Part shown: positions 1 to 11,373 of the stretch, in pieces
How the letters are laid out: each line of letters opens with the position of its first letter
How positions within the stretch are numbered: position 1 is the first letter of the stretch
Source: Psammoneis japonica
Lineage: Eukaryota
Assembly: GCA_008632985.1 (NCBI GenBank)
Contig: QPGO01000363.1
Coordinates: 1 to 39,018, forward strand
Direction: 5' to 3'
DNA length: 39,018 bases
Translations under genes and position numbers: made by a program
Notes under the pieces: model-generated
The model's input: only the letters and a program-made list of their open reading frames with translations
What the model was told of the DNA's origin: nothing
Databases searched by the model: none

Positions 1-1096
1 ACATGTCTGAGTCGCAGTGGATCCATCAGCCATCCACCTGCGGTGAATGGCTCCGTCACTGCCACCCTTGACGCCGTCTTGGACAATTGCTCCATCAAAT
101 CTGACAAGCTCCTGGATGCTCACAAGTTTGAACTGGTGTCCATGCGAAGAGCATGGCTTCAACTCTCCCGCGGCGCACAAGTTTGAACATGTTTCTACTT
201 TGCTGTAGAACAACTTTCTGGGGTCTGAGTTGACACCCGACCGTGTGGTGTCACACATTGGCAGAATCAATTGACAGAAAAACAAAGCATCCCGATTTTT
301 CATCCGCTCAGCTTTCATTCCCAACGATCGCAACACATCTGCATCCCAATGATCCTTTCCCAATGGCTGGAAATGGGTTGTCTTTTGATGCACCCGATCC
401 ATTCGGCAGTGACAACATCAGATCTTTGTCATCATCAGCAACATCGTTGTTGGACATGGGCCGATCCCATGCCTGACAAAAGAGCCGCCATCCATGGGAA
501 ATTCGTTTCCCTTCCGAATTCTCAGGTGCTGGTGCGGCACCAGTTGGCAAGCTGTGATGAACATGCTCCTTCTCCCCTCTTGCCTCAAACTCAGGGTGGA
601 GCGCATGTCTGCTCCACCCTCCGGGATTGTCCACATCAGCAAATGGTGGCTCCCCCTTGTCTGCTTTTATTTCAGGTGGCTGCCACCCTTCAGGAGTGCC
701 TGGAATGTTCAACTGTGCCGACGGGTCACACTCACCATGGTGCAGCAGCAAGGCAGTGTGGTCGTTGTCAGCCACAGTCTGTTTGTCACTGTCTTGGTCC
801 ACAACACGTGATCTCAACCGTTCCAAATGGGCTTCAGCACGAGCTCCATCAACATCATTGACATTCTCATGCTCTTCGTCGCCATCACCGCCATCTCCCG
901 TCTCTGTCTCATCCTCAAGGACGTGCTCGGGGTTCACCAGTTGGTTCTCCACGGTTGCGGGACCAAAGTCTGTGGCCGTCATGTGCAGCGGTGGCCCTGG
1001 TTGTTGTGCTGCCATTCCACCAAACGCTTCATTGGTGCTTTCAGAGGCGGCCATCTTCGTCACGACGTTGATGCTCCGACTCACTGAGCATGTCAC
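1..1096 (-). mobile_element. Degenerate piggyBac-like transposase, N-terminal part (runs off the window start), frameshifted and TA-erased
   Basis: ORF 308..1096 contains PFADVDNPGGWS...HSLPTGA..GKR..GW..F.QAW and SGASKDNPFP. The frameshifted continuation to base 1 reads DALFFCQLILPMCD..DPRK/FYSKVE..SN..ELVRFDGAIVQDGVKGGSDGAIHRRW. These motifs resemble, from memory, diatom piggyBac-family (DDE_Tnp_1_7) transposases. Expected Tyr positions appear as Cys or His. No database search was run. Confidence 0.6.
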
Positions 1097-1196
1097 TTTG
1101 ACGACAATGGCGGTGGCTGTGGTTGTTGGTTTTTTTTGTAGTCATCGGCTTTTCAACGTAGACTCAGGCAACATTTCTACGGCGATGCGTCACTGC

Positions 1197-1427
1197 AAAA
1201 AACCCGGGATTCAGTCCCCGAACACCCCGGGTTTCATGCCCACTCCATGTGCAGTGATGACGACAACAAAATGCCAATGTAACTCCAACCGTTGGACATG
1301 TTGTTTGAAGGGTAAACAGTCATTAACATCCCGACTAAAACCTCTGAGTAATGATCAATGGTTGTTGGATCTTTCCGTTCAACGGCTAACGGCTAGTGGA
1401 AAACCCGGGACTGAATCCCGGGTTTTT
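1197..1427. repeat. Pair of inverted palindromic motifs (AAAACCCGGGA-N5-TCCCGGGTTTT), probably subterminal repeats of the piggyBac-like element
   Basis: 1198-1218 (aaaaacccgggattcagtccc) is the reverse complement of 1407-1427 (gggactgaatcccgggttttt). The second copy is itself an 11-bp-arm hairpin at 1400-1426. Confidence 0.75.
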
Positions 1428-1576
1428 CGGGGCGCCCAGACTATCTACCCAACACGCGGTGCAATCCAAAAAACTGTTGATGTCACAGCTCAGCAGTGCA
1501 CACCGGCGCGTGGGAGCTGGAACGAATCTTGGACTGATAATTTCGAGCGCGCGATTAGCACAAAAATCGTCAGTCG

Positions 1577-1973
1577 TCATGGAAGCAATAAAAAGCAAAG
1601 GAAAAATGGCATCACCATGACGAAAGACGACAACTGTGGTAAAGAAGTTGAACCCTCCGATCTCGGATGGTACTTGGTCCTGAGGACGATTTCAGGATAA
1701 AAGGGTGTGGATGCAACCGACCAGAAAGTTATGGGTGTACGACTGTATGACAAACCGAGAAGTTCAGCTGCCAATGGAATAAGAAAAGCCACTGAGCTCA
1801 GCAACACGTTGACAACCAAAATCCATGTTATTTCTCTCTTCGCAACAATTCTTTATTCGAATCCTGGCCAATGAACGATTGGTGGAGTGCAGGTGTGTTT
1901 TGAAGTATGTATACCTTTGCTTATTATTGACGAATGATATACCGAGCATCTTGTCAATAAAGTGAGTTTTCAT
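1577..1973 (-). pseudogene. Frameshifted fragment of a probable membrane protein gene
   Basis: Two overlapping ORFs in different frames (1764..1973 and 1577..1819), the latter with hydrophobic segments (VVNVLLSSVAFLIPLAAELLGL; SSFVMVMPFFLCFLLL). No family recognised. Confidence 0.25.
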
Positions 1974-2440
1974 GCGGTTGCGTTGTTGGTATCGTTGTTG
2001 TGTGTGGTTTGTTTTGCACTCAATATTATCATTTCTAACTACTGAACTTTTGTATTACATACTCGAGGAGTCGTGGACCTCTTTTTGAAGAACATTCTGA
2101 AGAGTGTCGAGGACGGCATGGAGGATACGCTTGGTGGTGGAATATAAGGTGATAACAACCATTTGTTGCAGTACAACAAGACCGAGGACGAGAGTACAGT
2201 ACCTTTGACGTTCTTGTTGTTGTAATTGCTACGTTTTTCTCGACATACGAACGAAAAACAGTGAATCAAAACGCACGATAGTCATCTTGCATCAGAAATT
2301 TCGAGTATTCATAGCACATTACAAAAAGACAATGCCATCGTCACGAGACCAATAAGAAGAACTTGAATGTTCAGGACTAGGCTGACTTGGATGATGATGG
2401 GAATGAATCGGTGAGGAGTCATTTATGGATCGGCCACTGA

Positions 2441-3560
2441 GTGATTTTCATGGCTCTATATGGCACAGCGTTCGTGCAAGTCCTTTCTGCGCAACCTCAA
2501 CAAGGTCTATGTACGTTTGTACGGAGACAAGTTGCCTCCCTCGGAATTGCTAAAAATCTCTGTCTGGCATCGACGCTTTCTTTAGGTTTGGCGGATATAG
2601 GGTGTTACGAAGTCTCAAGGACCCGTCACGGTGATTCCAAAGGCAAAGATGTTTTCTGTTGTAGTGGTGTTGGTTGTGGTTAGCATTTACAATCGACTAC
2701 TCGACTCGGACATTGCGCGACACAAAATCTTTTATGTCTTTGGGTCCTTCTACTTTTGCCCTTTCTTCTTTATTTCATATTTGCTCATGGATGACGAGAT
2801 TGGTTTGGCCAACCAACAACCCCACCCGACTCGTTGGGATGGATCAGCTATTGCTCCATTGAATCCTTTGGCTCCGTTGTGGTATCGCTCTTTTGGTCCT
2901 TCGCCAACTCCAACTTTTCGTTGGAGACAGCCAAGGCCTGTTACGGAGCATGGTGGCCACGGCCCAAGCCGGAGTATCCTTGGTCCTACTGCGTGGTGAA
3001 TCGATACTGTGCGACTTGGGGTCCTGCCAAGTGTTACCTTGTTGGTGCACTCGTACACTCTTGCCGCAGTTTACCATGTGCACCTGTATTCTCATTTATG
3101 GGGTGGCCCGAAGAACAGCTTCTTTATGGTTGAAATGACCATTGTTGATTACACCGTGAAGGTGTCGACGCGAGACTACTTTGGCGAAGGCATGAGTTGC
3201 CACAATCCTGATACCGGAGACCACAGCATGTCGCAAGACGCAACCGCCGCCTGACGCTCCTCTCGTTCCCGCGCTCTGTCTGGTTGTCGTTATCTTTGTC
3301 TGACTTCATCCGACCCTTAACGTCGTGTTTGCAGCCATGATGATGCTCAAGGCTTGTTCCTACGCCTTGAACAATCCTACCAAGGAAACGCTCTACCAAC
3401 CAACCTCGCCCGCGGTCCAGTACGAGGCATTGTCGTGGATTGATACCTTTGGTGCACGTGGAAGCAAGGCAAGCGCAAGCTCGTCTCATACTTGTCACCA
3501 CGAATATGGTGAAGGGCACCCACATCTATATCCCGCAAATGTTTACGGTTTTTCTTTACC
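2441..3560 (+). pseudogene. Nucleotide (ATP/ADP) transporter, NTT/TLC family, with multiple frameshifts and internal deletions
   Basis: Motifs are spread over several frames: IPKAKMFSVVVVLVVVSIYNRLLD, GWISYCSIESFGSVVVSLFWSFANSNFSLETAKACYG, SILGPT, IVDYTVKV, and [28 protein letters not shown]...[13 protein letters not shown]. These are characteristic of plastid/diatom NTT (TLC) carriers. Confidence 0.8.
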
Positions 3561-3663
3561 TTTAGGCTGTCGGCAGTGTTGTGACGAACGCCTTCTCTGA
3601 CTCTGCGTCGTCCTTGGTTGCAAACGGTAGCTTGGTGGGAATGATGGTCGCCTCCTTTTTGAT

Positions 3664-4335
3664 TTGGACTGCCCGCTGCATGGGAAAGAGAATGCACCAA
3701 GAGCGGATATATTGTCGGAGGTGACAATTGTGAATAGCAAAATGGACAATGAAGAGAAGAATTTGGAAATGGCCATGGTGCAGAACGAAGATAAGGATGC
3801 AAGTTGTGCCATTGGTGGCACGAGACTTGGGATTACCGGCGCAAGATTGGTATTGACACGGGGTTGCGGTATCAATACTCAAAACGACATCGGGGCATGG
3901 AGGCATTTTGGCTGTAAACCCAATCCACAGTCCTTGTTGGATTCGCTTGAAGCGGATGGAACGAACAATAATATATTTGATATGCATCGTCAAGTGTCCG
4001 GTGCCACAGGTGTGGGTGATTCGTATTTTAACAACAACGGACAGTCTGAAGCTACAGACAGTAATGACACCAAGGAATACTTACTCGTGACGAGAGAAGA
4101 TACTGTTCGGGCATTGTATTTGGATGGGCTCGACATGGTGATTGTTGTGGGACGTCCCAATGGACCAGATGAGTACACTCATATTGCTGGAAGAACGGGA
4201 CGGGCTGGACGGCGTGGCAAGGTTGTTGCTGTGGTTTCAGAAGACAACGCCGCGGCTTTGAAGTCGTGGGAACGCATGCTGAATGTGACCTTTGAGCTAC
4301 TTGACATGGGCAATGTAGCAACGATCTTGGCGTGA
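3664..4335 (+). pseudogene. DEAD-box RNA helicase C-terminal fragment (helicase C domain only)
   Basis: YLLVTREDTVRALYLDGLDMVIVVGRP..PDEYTHIAGRTGRAGRRGKVV corresponds to a degenerate motif V and motif VI (HxxGRxGRxG). No Walker A or DEAD motif lies upstream, and the ORF abuts the NTT remnant. Confidence 0.7.
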
Positions 4336-4746
4336 AATCTTAGAAATGATATGAACCAAAAGTCTCGCTTTGATGTTGGAGCTTAGTTGCCGGAGAGAGC
4401 TTGTGCACCAGCTAGTAATCGCGCTGATACTGATTTATCACTGTTGAGTTGCAATGACGGCTATTTTAAATACCATGTGTCGTTAGTAGGTTATGAAAGT
4501 ACCTACAAAGGGCTAGTAGAGTGTGCTACAGTACGACTATTGTAGAATGTAGCCCTCTCTAGGGCTGCATCGGCAACCATATGGTAACTACATAGAGCCC
4601 CTTAGAATAACGAACGATCATGATAATATTGTACTATACTTTCCGCTCGAAGCTAACTAATAACATATATCCCCTCGACGCTAATCGAGACTCACTAACG
4701 TCTCAATTCCATTCTCTCCCACCTAATGTCTGATGGTTCCGGGTGC

Positions 4747-5955
4747 TTAAACAACGATTCGAAAGGCGAGCCTGATTTGTTTCAAAGTTGTGTCCCAACT
4801 TCCAATGGCAGGTTCGGGCACCTCAGCAGTTGTCTCGGGTTCTTCCCAGGGTTTCAAAACTGGTAGAGAATCTTGCAGAACGTTCATCAAACGCATTGAC
4901 GTATCAAACACTTTCTTTTCCCAATATTTAGCCTTCCACTCAATCGTTGAGCGACAGTCAGACAGAATTGGGTCCAGAAACGAGACCTTTTCGAAAAGAA
5001 GGTTCGTCTGAGTCTTTGCTAGCGTAGTCAAGCGTGTCGACAATTCCAAAACTCTCTTCCCCCAATGTCCAACGCTCGATTTGATCTCAGAGAGATGGTT
5101 AGACAAGATTGGGTTCCGAAAAAACGGCAAAAAATTATCGCGTTCCTGAAGAACGAGTGCCTGAGTCTGGATTTGTGCGATGACGTCGTTCGAAAGTACG
5201 TCTACAAGTTTCCACCAAAGCTGAAACGCTTCCGACTTGATATCCGAAAAGATGCTGCACGTGTCCGACAAGAAGGCCGACTGGATCTCCAAAAATATCG
5301 TGAACGTATCTTGGAACGGGACTGACTTGGTCTCAACCGTGCTGTCGGGAGTGGTGTTGTGAAAGATGTGCTGGAGGCTGCCGTTGGAGTCGCCATTGTT
5401 GTCCTGAACAAAATATTCATAGACACAATACTCGTTGGCGTCTTCTGCTGGTACAATCGTGGGCGTGGTATTGCGTAGGAGGTCTTGGACGCGACTCGGA
5501 GACTTGTCGCCGTCGTCAAAATAAACGCAGAAGCCGGAAATGATGATGGCGTTTTCAAAGGGAACAGTGTTGGGAGCGTCGTTGCTGATGATGTTATGGT
5601 AGTAGCTGGAGGTAGTGTCGATATCTGAGTAACGGGTGTTGTCCAAAAACTTGCGTAAGAGCTCTTGGTTGATCGTGGCGATGCTGTCGGTCGCCGTGGT
5701 GGCCTTGATCGACAAGGCGCTAACGCCGCGCTTTGCCGCATCAACAAACGAGGCAGAGAGAGGACTGATAATGGCACCAGCGCTCATGGCGGCTATGATA
5801 GCAAGGACAAAGTTCATGATTTTCATGATGGACTGTGAACTGACGAGCAATTCAGAAATTGTGAGAGCACTCGAACGAGGAGAGATTCTGTCTGCAATGG
5901 AGGCGCCGTCGTACACGTAGAAATCTACGTGGCGTGGGCCGTTTCCCAGTTGCAT
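4747..5955 (-). CDS. Hypothetical protein (402-aa ORF; likely real start at ATG 5826, MKIMNFVLAIIAAMSAGA, signal-peptide-like)
   Basis: Long uninterrupted ORF with normal Tyr content and a hydrophobic N-terminus. It has an internal repeat (F..PILS....I......W.K.V...S.RL twice). A mutated paralog lies at ~18.9-20.1 kb. Confidence 0.55.
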   Translation of the reverse strand: MQLGNGPRHVDFYVYDGASIADRISPRSSALTISELLVSSQSIMKIMNFVLAIIAAMSAGAIISPLSASFVDAAKRGVSALSIKATTATDSIATINQELLRKFLDNTRYSDIDTTSSYYHNIISNDAPNTVPFENAIIISGFCVYFDDGDKSPSRVQDLLRNTTPTIVPAEDANEYCVYEYFVQDNNGDSNGSLQHIFHNTTPDSTVETKSVPFQDTFTIFLEIQSAFLSDTCSIFSDIKSEAFQLWWKLVDVLSNDVIAQIQTQALVLQERDNFLPFFRNPILSNHLSEIKSSVGHWGKRVLELSTRLTTLAKTQTNLLFEKVSFLDPILSDCRSTIEWKAKYWEKKVFDTSMRLMNVLQDSLPVLKPWEEPETTAEVPEPAIGSWDTTLKQIRLAFRIVV

Positions 5956-6059
5956 TGAAGTTCGAAGAAAGTTTCGCGATGGTTATTTTGGCGCAGTTGG
6001 TGCTCCTATCGAGCTTAGATGATCGTGCTATTCCACGCAGCTAGCACATTAATTCTAGA

Positions 6060-8450
6060 GCGCCAGGCTGTCTCTGAGAGGTTTGACTCTGCTCACCACT
6101 TTCCTCTCCTGACTTACAAAGCAGCATTTGGAGCAGGAGTGAAGAGGTTTTCTGTGGTTTTGCAAGCAAGAGCTGATCCATTCTTCACTGACAGAGGCCA
6201 AGAAAAATCGGCTGGGGCACGCTCAGCTTGTGCCTTCCAACTGTGCTGGTGGTGGCTTCAGGGAGGATGCAGTCCTGCACTTGCATCAGTCTTGTTGAAA
6301 GCTCATGCATTTGATGACACTTGTGAGATCTATGAGTTTGATGGAGTGGTGCCAAATTGTGAGTTGTTTGAGGCATGTTTGACGTGCGCTCTCTCTCAGC
6401 GCACGGTGCCTCAAGAAAGTTCTTTGAGGCCACTTCGGTGCTGCAGGTCCTTCATGTGGCTGCAACATCAGGACTGACAGTTGCAACCATTGCAAGGAAG
6501 GAAGAGTGCACTTGTCTGGTCAGGAAATGGAGCACTGTGCATCCAGAACAAATTCTTTCCTTGTTGGGCAACACCCCCCCTTCTTGTGCGCCCGACGACT
6601 TTTTTCATCACCTTCAACCAGGAGAGTGCNAGGTCATTTGTGTGGATGAGAAGGTGATGAGTTGCTGAGGCAGATGCCAGAGGATCTTGGTGTGGATGCT
6701 GAGAATCTTAGCCATCTTGTCTGTTCTGCTGCGAGTTCATTTTGTTGCCAAGGACAAAAGGTGTCATGTGCAGTTGTCTCAAAGCTGCTGAATCATTTGC
6801 ATTGAATGCAACAGGGATCATCTTTCATGACCCATGGCATGGTTTGAAGAAAGAAGAGCACTGCTCAGCATGGCATGCTCCCATCCATGAGTTGCACAGA
6901 TGTCACATCATCCACAGCATGGTCGCTCTCTCAACGCTCCTGACCATGCCAGAGGACTCAGGGGAATGCAGCACCAAAGGAAACAATGCAACCTGTGCCA
7001 CTCAAGCACTCTTCATCCAGTGTGGCATTGTTGCACATTTTTTGAGTCTTTCCCTTGCCCTTGCACACATGTCATCCACAGCAGGTTGGTTGAGTGAAGA
7101 CAAACTCAAGCACAATTCAGGACCGGAACAGTCTGCGTGCCTTTTGGGGGTGGTCTGGCCCTTGCTTGCACAGGGATTCCCAAGCATTGGACAGCTGTGA
7201 CATCAAAACACTTGATGCATTGAGGGACTGCACAGTGGAAATTGTTGGTTTGTGCATGTTGCAAGCTGAAATGTGCAAAAAAGCACCCAAATTGTTGCAG
7301 GACAAGGAGTTCGTAAAGGCACATGTCAACACAATGGGGAGGGATGCGCTGCCAGGCAACACACTGCTGACTGCAAAGAGCTCTGCAATTTGCCAAATCA
7401 TCGGACAGAAAAAGTGAAGAGGAAGAAGCATCCTTGAGTGCTCATGAAGCACATGCACTGGGCCTTGGGTGACTTTCTTGTGGTTGGAGACAGTGACTGG
7501 TGGATGCAAGGCAGAGGAAGAACAAGTCTTGCACTTGGAGACTGGGTGTGAGCAGCACACGATTGGCCATTCACTTGCAGAGAAGCGATCATGGCATTCA
7601 GCCAATTGCACTGGGAAACCAGTCAAGACTTGTTGATTGCATCCTTGGGTTTTGTGGAGTTTGTTGTGGCTGTGCAAAAAGGCCTTGTCCTCCCTCAAAC
7701 AAAGTCTTTCCAAGCTTGAAATCCATCAACCCCAATTGCCTGACAGTGAGAAGGTGTGGCGCTCACACATGAAAAGATTGGCGCCCTTTCCAAGGCCACA
7801 GGGCACAGTCAGAAAGCAGAAACTGCCTTTCAAGAAGCTCTGTGGATTTGCAAGCTGGTGCACGGCAAAGATCATGAGCTGGAAGGGGCTGTTTTGCATG
7901 AGCTCAGTGACTTCTTGGCAGATGACATGGGTGATTGTGATCAGGCAATGAGATGCCAAGCTGTGGCACTTGGTGTTCCTTGCAAGAGCTTGGGGCTGGC
8001 TTGTGAGGACATTGCAGCCACTCTTTGCACAGCATGGGATTCATGCTGCACATTCAAGATGAGCCAGAACAAGCTTCACAATGCTTTGAAGAGGCTTTGA
8101 ACATTCAGAAACTACGACTTGGCAAAGACTCCAAGGAGGTTGGTGACACGCTGAACATGATGGGCTTCCTGCTGGCAAGGCGTGGAGAAATGGATGATGT
8201 GAACTCATTGCTTTGGGATGCTCTGAGAATCCAGAAGCACCAAGAAGATCTCATTAAAGTGTGCGAGACTCTCAAGAACATCAGAAACGTGCACAGAGAG
8301 AAGCGCAAACATGATTTTAATGCCTTGTGCTGTGAAGAATGTCTCCACATTCGAAGAACCGAGTTGGGTGATGGTCACGAGAAGGTTGTAGATGCATGGG
8401 TTGCAATCGGCAACATTGGCAGTGACACGGAAGAGACGGAACCCGCAATG
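6060..8450. other. TpA-erased (hypermutated) domain
   Basis: TA is nearly absent and CG is strongly reduced between ~6060 and ~8450, with TA returning gradually over 8450-8750. There is one N at 6630. Confidence 0.9.
6880..7200 (+). pseudogene. Fragment of a 7TM/GPCR-like receptor gene, TA-erased
   Basis: ALSTLLTMPEDSG...KGNNATCATQALFIQCGIVAHFLSLSLALAHM..GWLSEDKLK resembles the 'GN.ATC..QG.FIQ.G...Y..SL..YY....W.E..L' pattern of the expanded diatom GPCR-like family. Tyr positions read as His or Cys. Confidence 0.4.
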
Positions 8451-8741
8451 CAAGAAGCGTGCAAGGAGGCGCTTACGATTCGAACCATGGTTTGTGGTCG
8501 AAACGACGACAAGGTTGCTGCCGTACTTCAACACATGGGAACCATGGAGTTTCGATCGGGTGACTTTGACAGCGCACAACGCTGTTTGGAAGAATTTGTG
8601 CGCATTCGCCGTGAGAATCATCAAGCCGAAAAGCACGTAGCTCGAGTTCGTGGAAAGCCATGCCAGGATTGCAAAGTGTGCTTTGTGATAACACCCAATT
8701 ATCAGGTGCATCTTACGTTGACTAGAGACTGCCCCATTTAG
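7570..8741 (+). pseudogene. TPR-repeat (kinesin light chain/nephrocystin-3-like) protein, frameshifted, 5' part TA-erased
   Basis: Repeating ~42-aa units: FQEALWICKLVHGKDHELEGAVLHEL, FEEALNIQKLRLGKDSKEVGDTLNMMG, EECLHIRRTELGDGHEKVVDAWVAIG, KEALTIRTMVCGRNDDKVAAVLQHMG. Confidence 0.8.
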
Positions 8742-8931
8742 TCTAAAAGAATGTTATCCCGCACAATCTTCTCTAACATTTGTATAGTCAACGTCAGCAG
8801 ACAGAAGTCTATGACTAAGAGTCTTCCCACATTTCAGCGTCGTGTCAATCTCGGCAACACAGAAGTGCGCGCTGTCGTTGACTTGGACACCGACATGAAG
8901 ACGTGTTGGGCCCCCCTTGCGTTCAACAAAT

Positions 8932-9336
8932 TCAATTACCGTCGCCATCCATTGCAGTATCTGGTGCGCAGCCATCAGCGCTGTCCATCGTCAACGGCGC
9001 AGCATCAACGCCAGTCATCATTCCGACGACCTGCTTGAGACATTCCATGTTCCGCTCCTTGTGTTGGTCGTTGATCTGTTGGATACCTTTTCGATTGCCG
9101 CTGATGCAGGTTTCCAACGCCTGGTTATTCTTGTCCTGCGTGTCGGCCAATGCCTGCTTCATTGCCTGGCTGTTCTTAGCCTGCGTGTCCTTTCGAGCTT
9201 CATCATTTGCAGATGACAAAGCAGCGGCAAGAGTGTTGGTTTGTTGGGTGTTATTTCCCATCATTCTTTCCATCATATCAAACAAATGCTCATTCCGATG
9301 GCGTTGGGGTGTCTCTCCGGTGCCAGTAGCGTGCAT
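8932..9336 (-). pseudogene. Truncated 134-aa derivative of the 872-aa RCC1-repeat gene
   Basis: MHA is joined in frame to TGTGETPQRHRNEHLF...DTAMDGD, matching the 30622..33240 protein. The C-terminal domain is lost. Confidence 0.85.
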
Positions 9337-9554
9337 GATTTGAATAAAGAGCCGATAAACCGCGGAGCGAGTGGTCGTTGTTACTGTAGCCCTACCGGTA
9401 TTGTTTGAGTGTTGCTGTGAGCGCGGAGGGGGGGGATTGTGCGACGGTGGATGGCTTGAACCTCATGCGTAGATTCTACGCAGAAAATGTACTGAAAAAA
9501 TGATGCATTCTCACTCGCAAAACTTTATGTGTGTATACGTTCTGAATAAATACA

Positions 9555-9705
9555 TTGCGATGTTTTCGTCACGCGAAATTAATGAATGTGTTCGGTCTTT
9601 AATAACACATTGCGATGTTTTCGTCACGAAAAACGATGTTTTCGTCACGCGATAATCAATGAATGTATCCCTGCTTTAAGTACACATTGCGATGTTTTCG
9701 TCACG
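9555..9705. repeat. Four copies of (TTG)CGATGTTTTCGTCACG
   Basis: Copies at 9555, 9610, 9634 and 9687. A near-identical array lies at 33430-33580. Confidence 0.95.
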
Positions 9706-10611
9706 GATTCAATATATACAGTTTGCATACTACGAAATGCTAATCAATTGGGCGACTCCGTTCGCGCAGCCGCCAATCACGTAGAACCACGTAGAATTTG
9801 TACCAAATGCCGTTGCACGTTCCTTTTTTTCTCCCCTCCACCTCCGATCAGTGGTGCTTTGTACCGTACCGTACGAGTCGAGTAAGTAAGAAGCAATTGA
9901 TCAGTACACAGCATGGAGATCGAAATGGGTATTTCAACCTTTGCTTCCAAGCAGCATGCTGAATTCATGGCGGCATCCAAGGCACGGTATTCCATAAATT
10001 TGTGGTGCACGAGGGTAAGGCAAAAAGAAATATGATGTTTATGGAAAAGAAGTAATCCCACTTGAAATGTGTGCATGTTATCCTTGGTTGACATTAACGG
10101 AAACATGGCTCGCCTTGATTCACTTGCAGTGTTGAGCGACGAGGAGAATGGCCAGAAAGTTGAGGGCAACAACACGATCATAGAGGATACTGAATTGCAC
10201 CAAAAAAACGCAAAGTAAAGAGTGAAAAGTCTTCTCAAACTACCGTAGTAGTCAAGACGATTACGCATCAAAACCTGCGCCAACAGATAGAAAGAGGGTG
10301 CGATATCTCAGTTGACCGAATGGGTCGGCCAATATGTTGCTGAAAAGGTTGTTGCAATGCTACTTAATTTTGGAAGAATGCAGTAGCGAGGGACGAGGAA
10401 ATGATGGTAAAGCTATGGAGAAAAATGTCACATTGCCACCAATTACAGAGAAAACAGTTCGACCCGACTTTTTCGAGTTTGTCCTATCCAAAGAGAACGC
10501 AGATACGAGCATGGCGATCAAGGAAATCTGCGTTTGGCGTGGGTTTCGCATTCTCTGCCGACGAACGATTATATTTATCTGACCGATTTTTTTTTTCTTT
10601 TTTATCCTCCA

Positions 10612-11208
10612 GTTTTTCATAGGCGGCTCGTAAGAACAAAGATAAGCAGTGCAGTTCCACCAGACTGTGCTCCCAAATCTAAGCCTCTGATTTTTGATGA
10701 GGACATGACTTTCAATGTCGACCCGAACCGTGATGTAGAGTACGTACGAGGAGAAGTCATCGGATTCTGTGAGGTTACAGAGCGACAGTTTGGACTAGGG
10801 GAACCGTATGATTCTGAAAATGGACGTGGAAAAGCCGTGGTCAAGAGCGCTCGCAAGAGTGGTATCGGTTCTAATCTTGTAGATGCATGTGAGAATGCTG
10901 TGATCGAATGGGACGAAAACTGTTCACGTAGATACAATGAGATTATTCTGGAAGTGGAAGCAGCTATTCCCAAGGCGCTGGATTTCGATGAAAAAAGAGG
11001 GTACAAATCAGTGTTTGACAATCCGGCAAGCCGAAGATTTGATACGAGCGGATTTGTCTTGCGTCGTGTACAGTGTAACAAGATTTGCATGCGCAAGACA
11101 CTCGATTTTCGTCGTGCCCTAAAGGAGAATGAAAAAGACAAAGCAACCCTCGGCGACTTGGGGAAGAATATATTTGGAAAGCTTAACATGTTTCAAAGCC
11201 GCAGCTAG
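10612..11208 (+). pseudogene. GNAT-family N-acetyltransferase, probably with an internal deletion
   Basis: GEVIGFCEV...AVVKSARKSGIGSNLVDACE...EIILEVEAAIPKALDFDEKRGY contains the acetyl-CoA motif A (RxxGxG) and the C-terminal 'A..FY.KRGY' motif. The expected '...xNL' strand before AVVK seems to be missing. A polypyrimidine tract ending in CAG (to ~10612) precedes it. Confidence 0.75.
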
Positions 11209-11373
11209 TCTATCATTTGAAGATTGTGCAGAAGACTTATCAATAGTGGCGAATCCATCACGGAAACAATTCTGGATTCGCCAGCACTGCATCAACTGAA
11301 GTCGTATCAGACAAAAGGTCGTCTGTGTCTTTGCAGCGACTGCTCGTCTCTACTTGTGAAGGATCCTTGTGAC

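Larger units (their letters stand above)
8430..9741. repeat. Internally deleted direct duplicate of ~30120-33617
   Basis: Collinear high similarity: the TPR tail, the 3' flank (gtctaaaa..atgttatcccgcac..acagaagtgcgcgctgtc), parts of the 872-aa gene and the upstream repeat array. The shared right end is ...tactacgaaatgcta. Confidence 0.95.

Noticed and set aside
627..1700. 357-aa plus-strand ORF
   Set aside because: It is the antisense shadow of the TA-erased transposase running into non-coding repeats, with no recognisable domain.
4547..4570. Hairpin atgtagccct-ctct-agggctgcat between convergent genes (Helitron 3' end or terminator?)
   Set aside because: It is short and imperfect, with no correctly placed downstream CTRR terminus or supporting second copy.
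9555..9705. CRISPR-like appearance of short repeats with spacers (also 33430-33580 and 33876-34268)
   Set aside because: There are only 3-4 units, spacer lengths are irregular or too long, and the spacers are partly similar to each other in the 16-mer arrays. There are no cas genes and the context is eukaryotic.
9915..10560. Possible exons upstream of the GNAT fragment
   Set aside because: Short coding-like stretches and a GTAAG donor are present, but no coherent gene model or family could be built.
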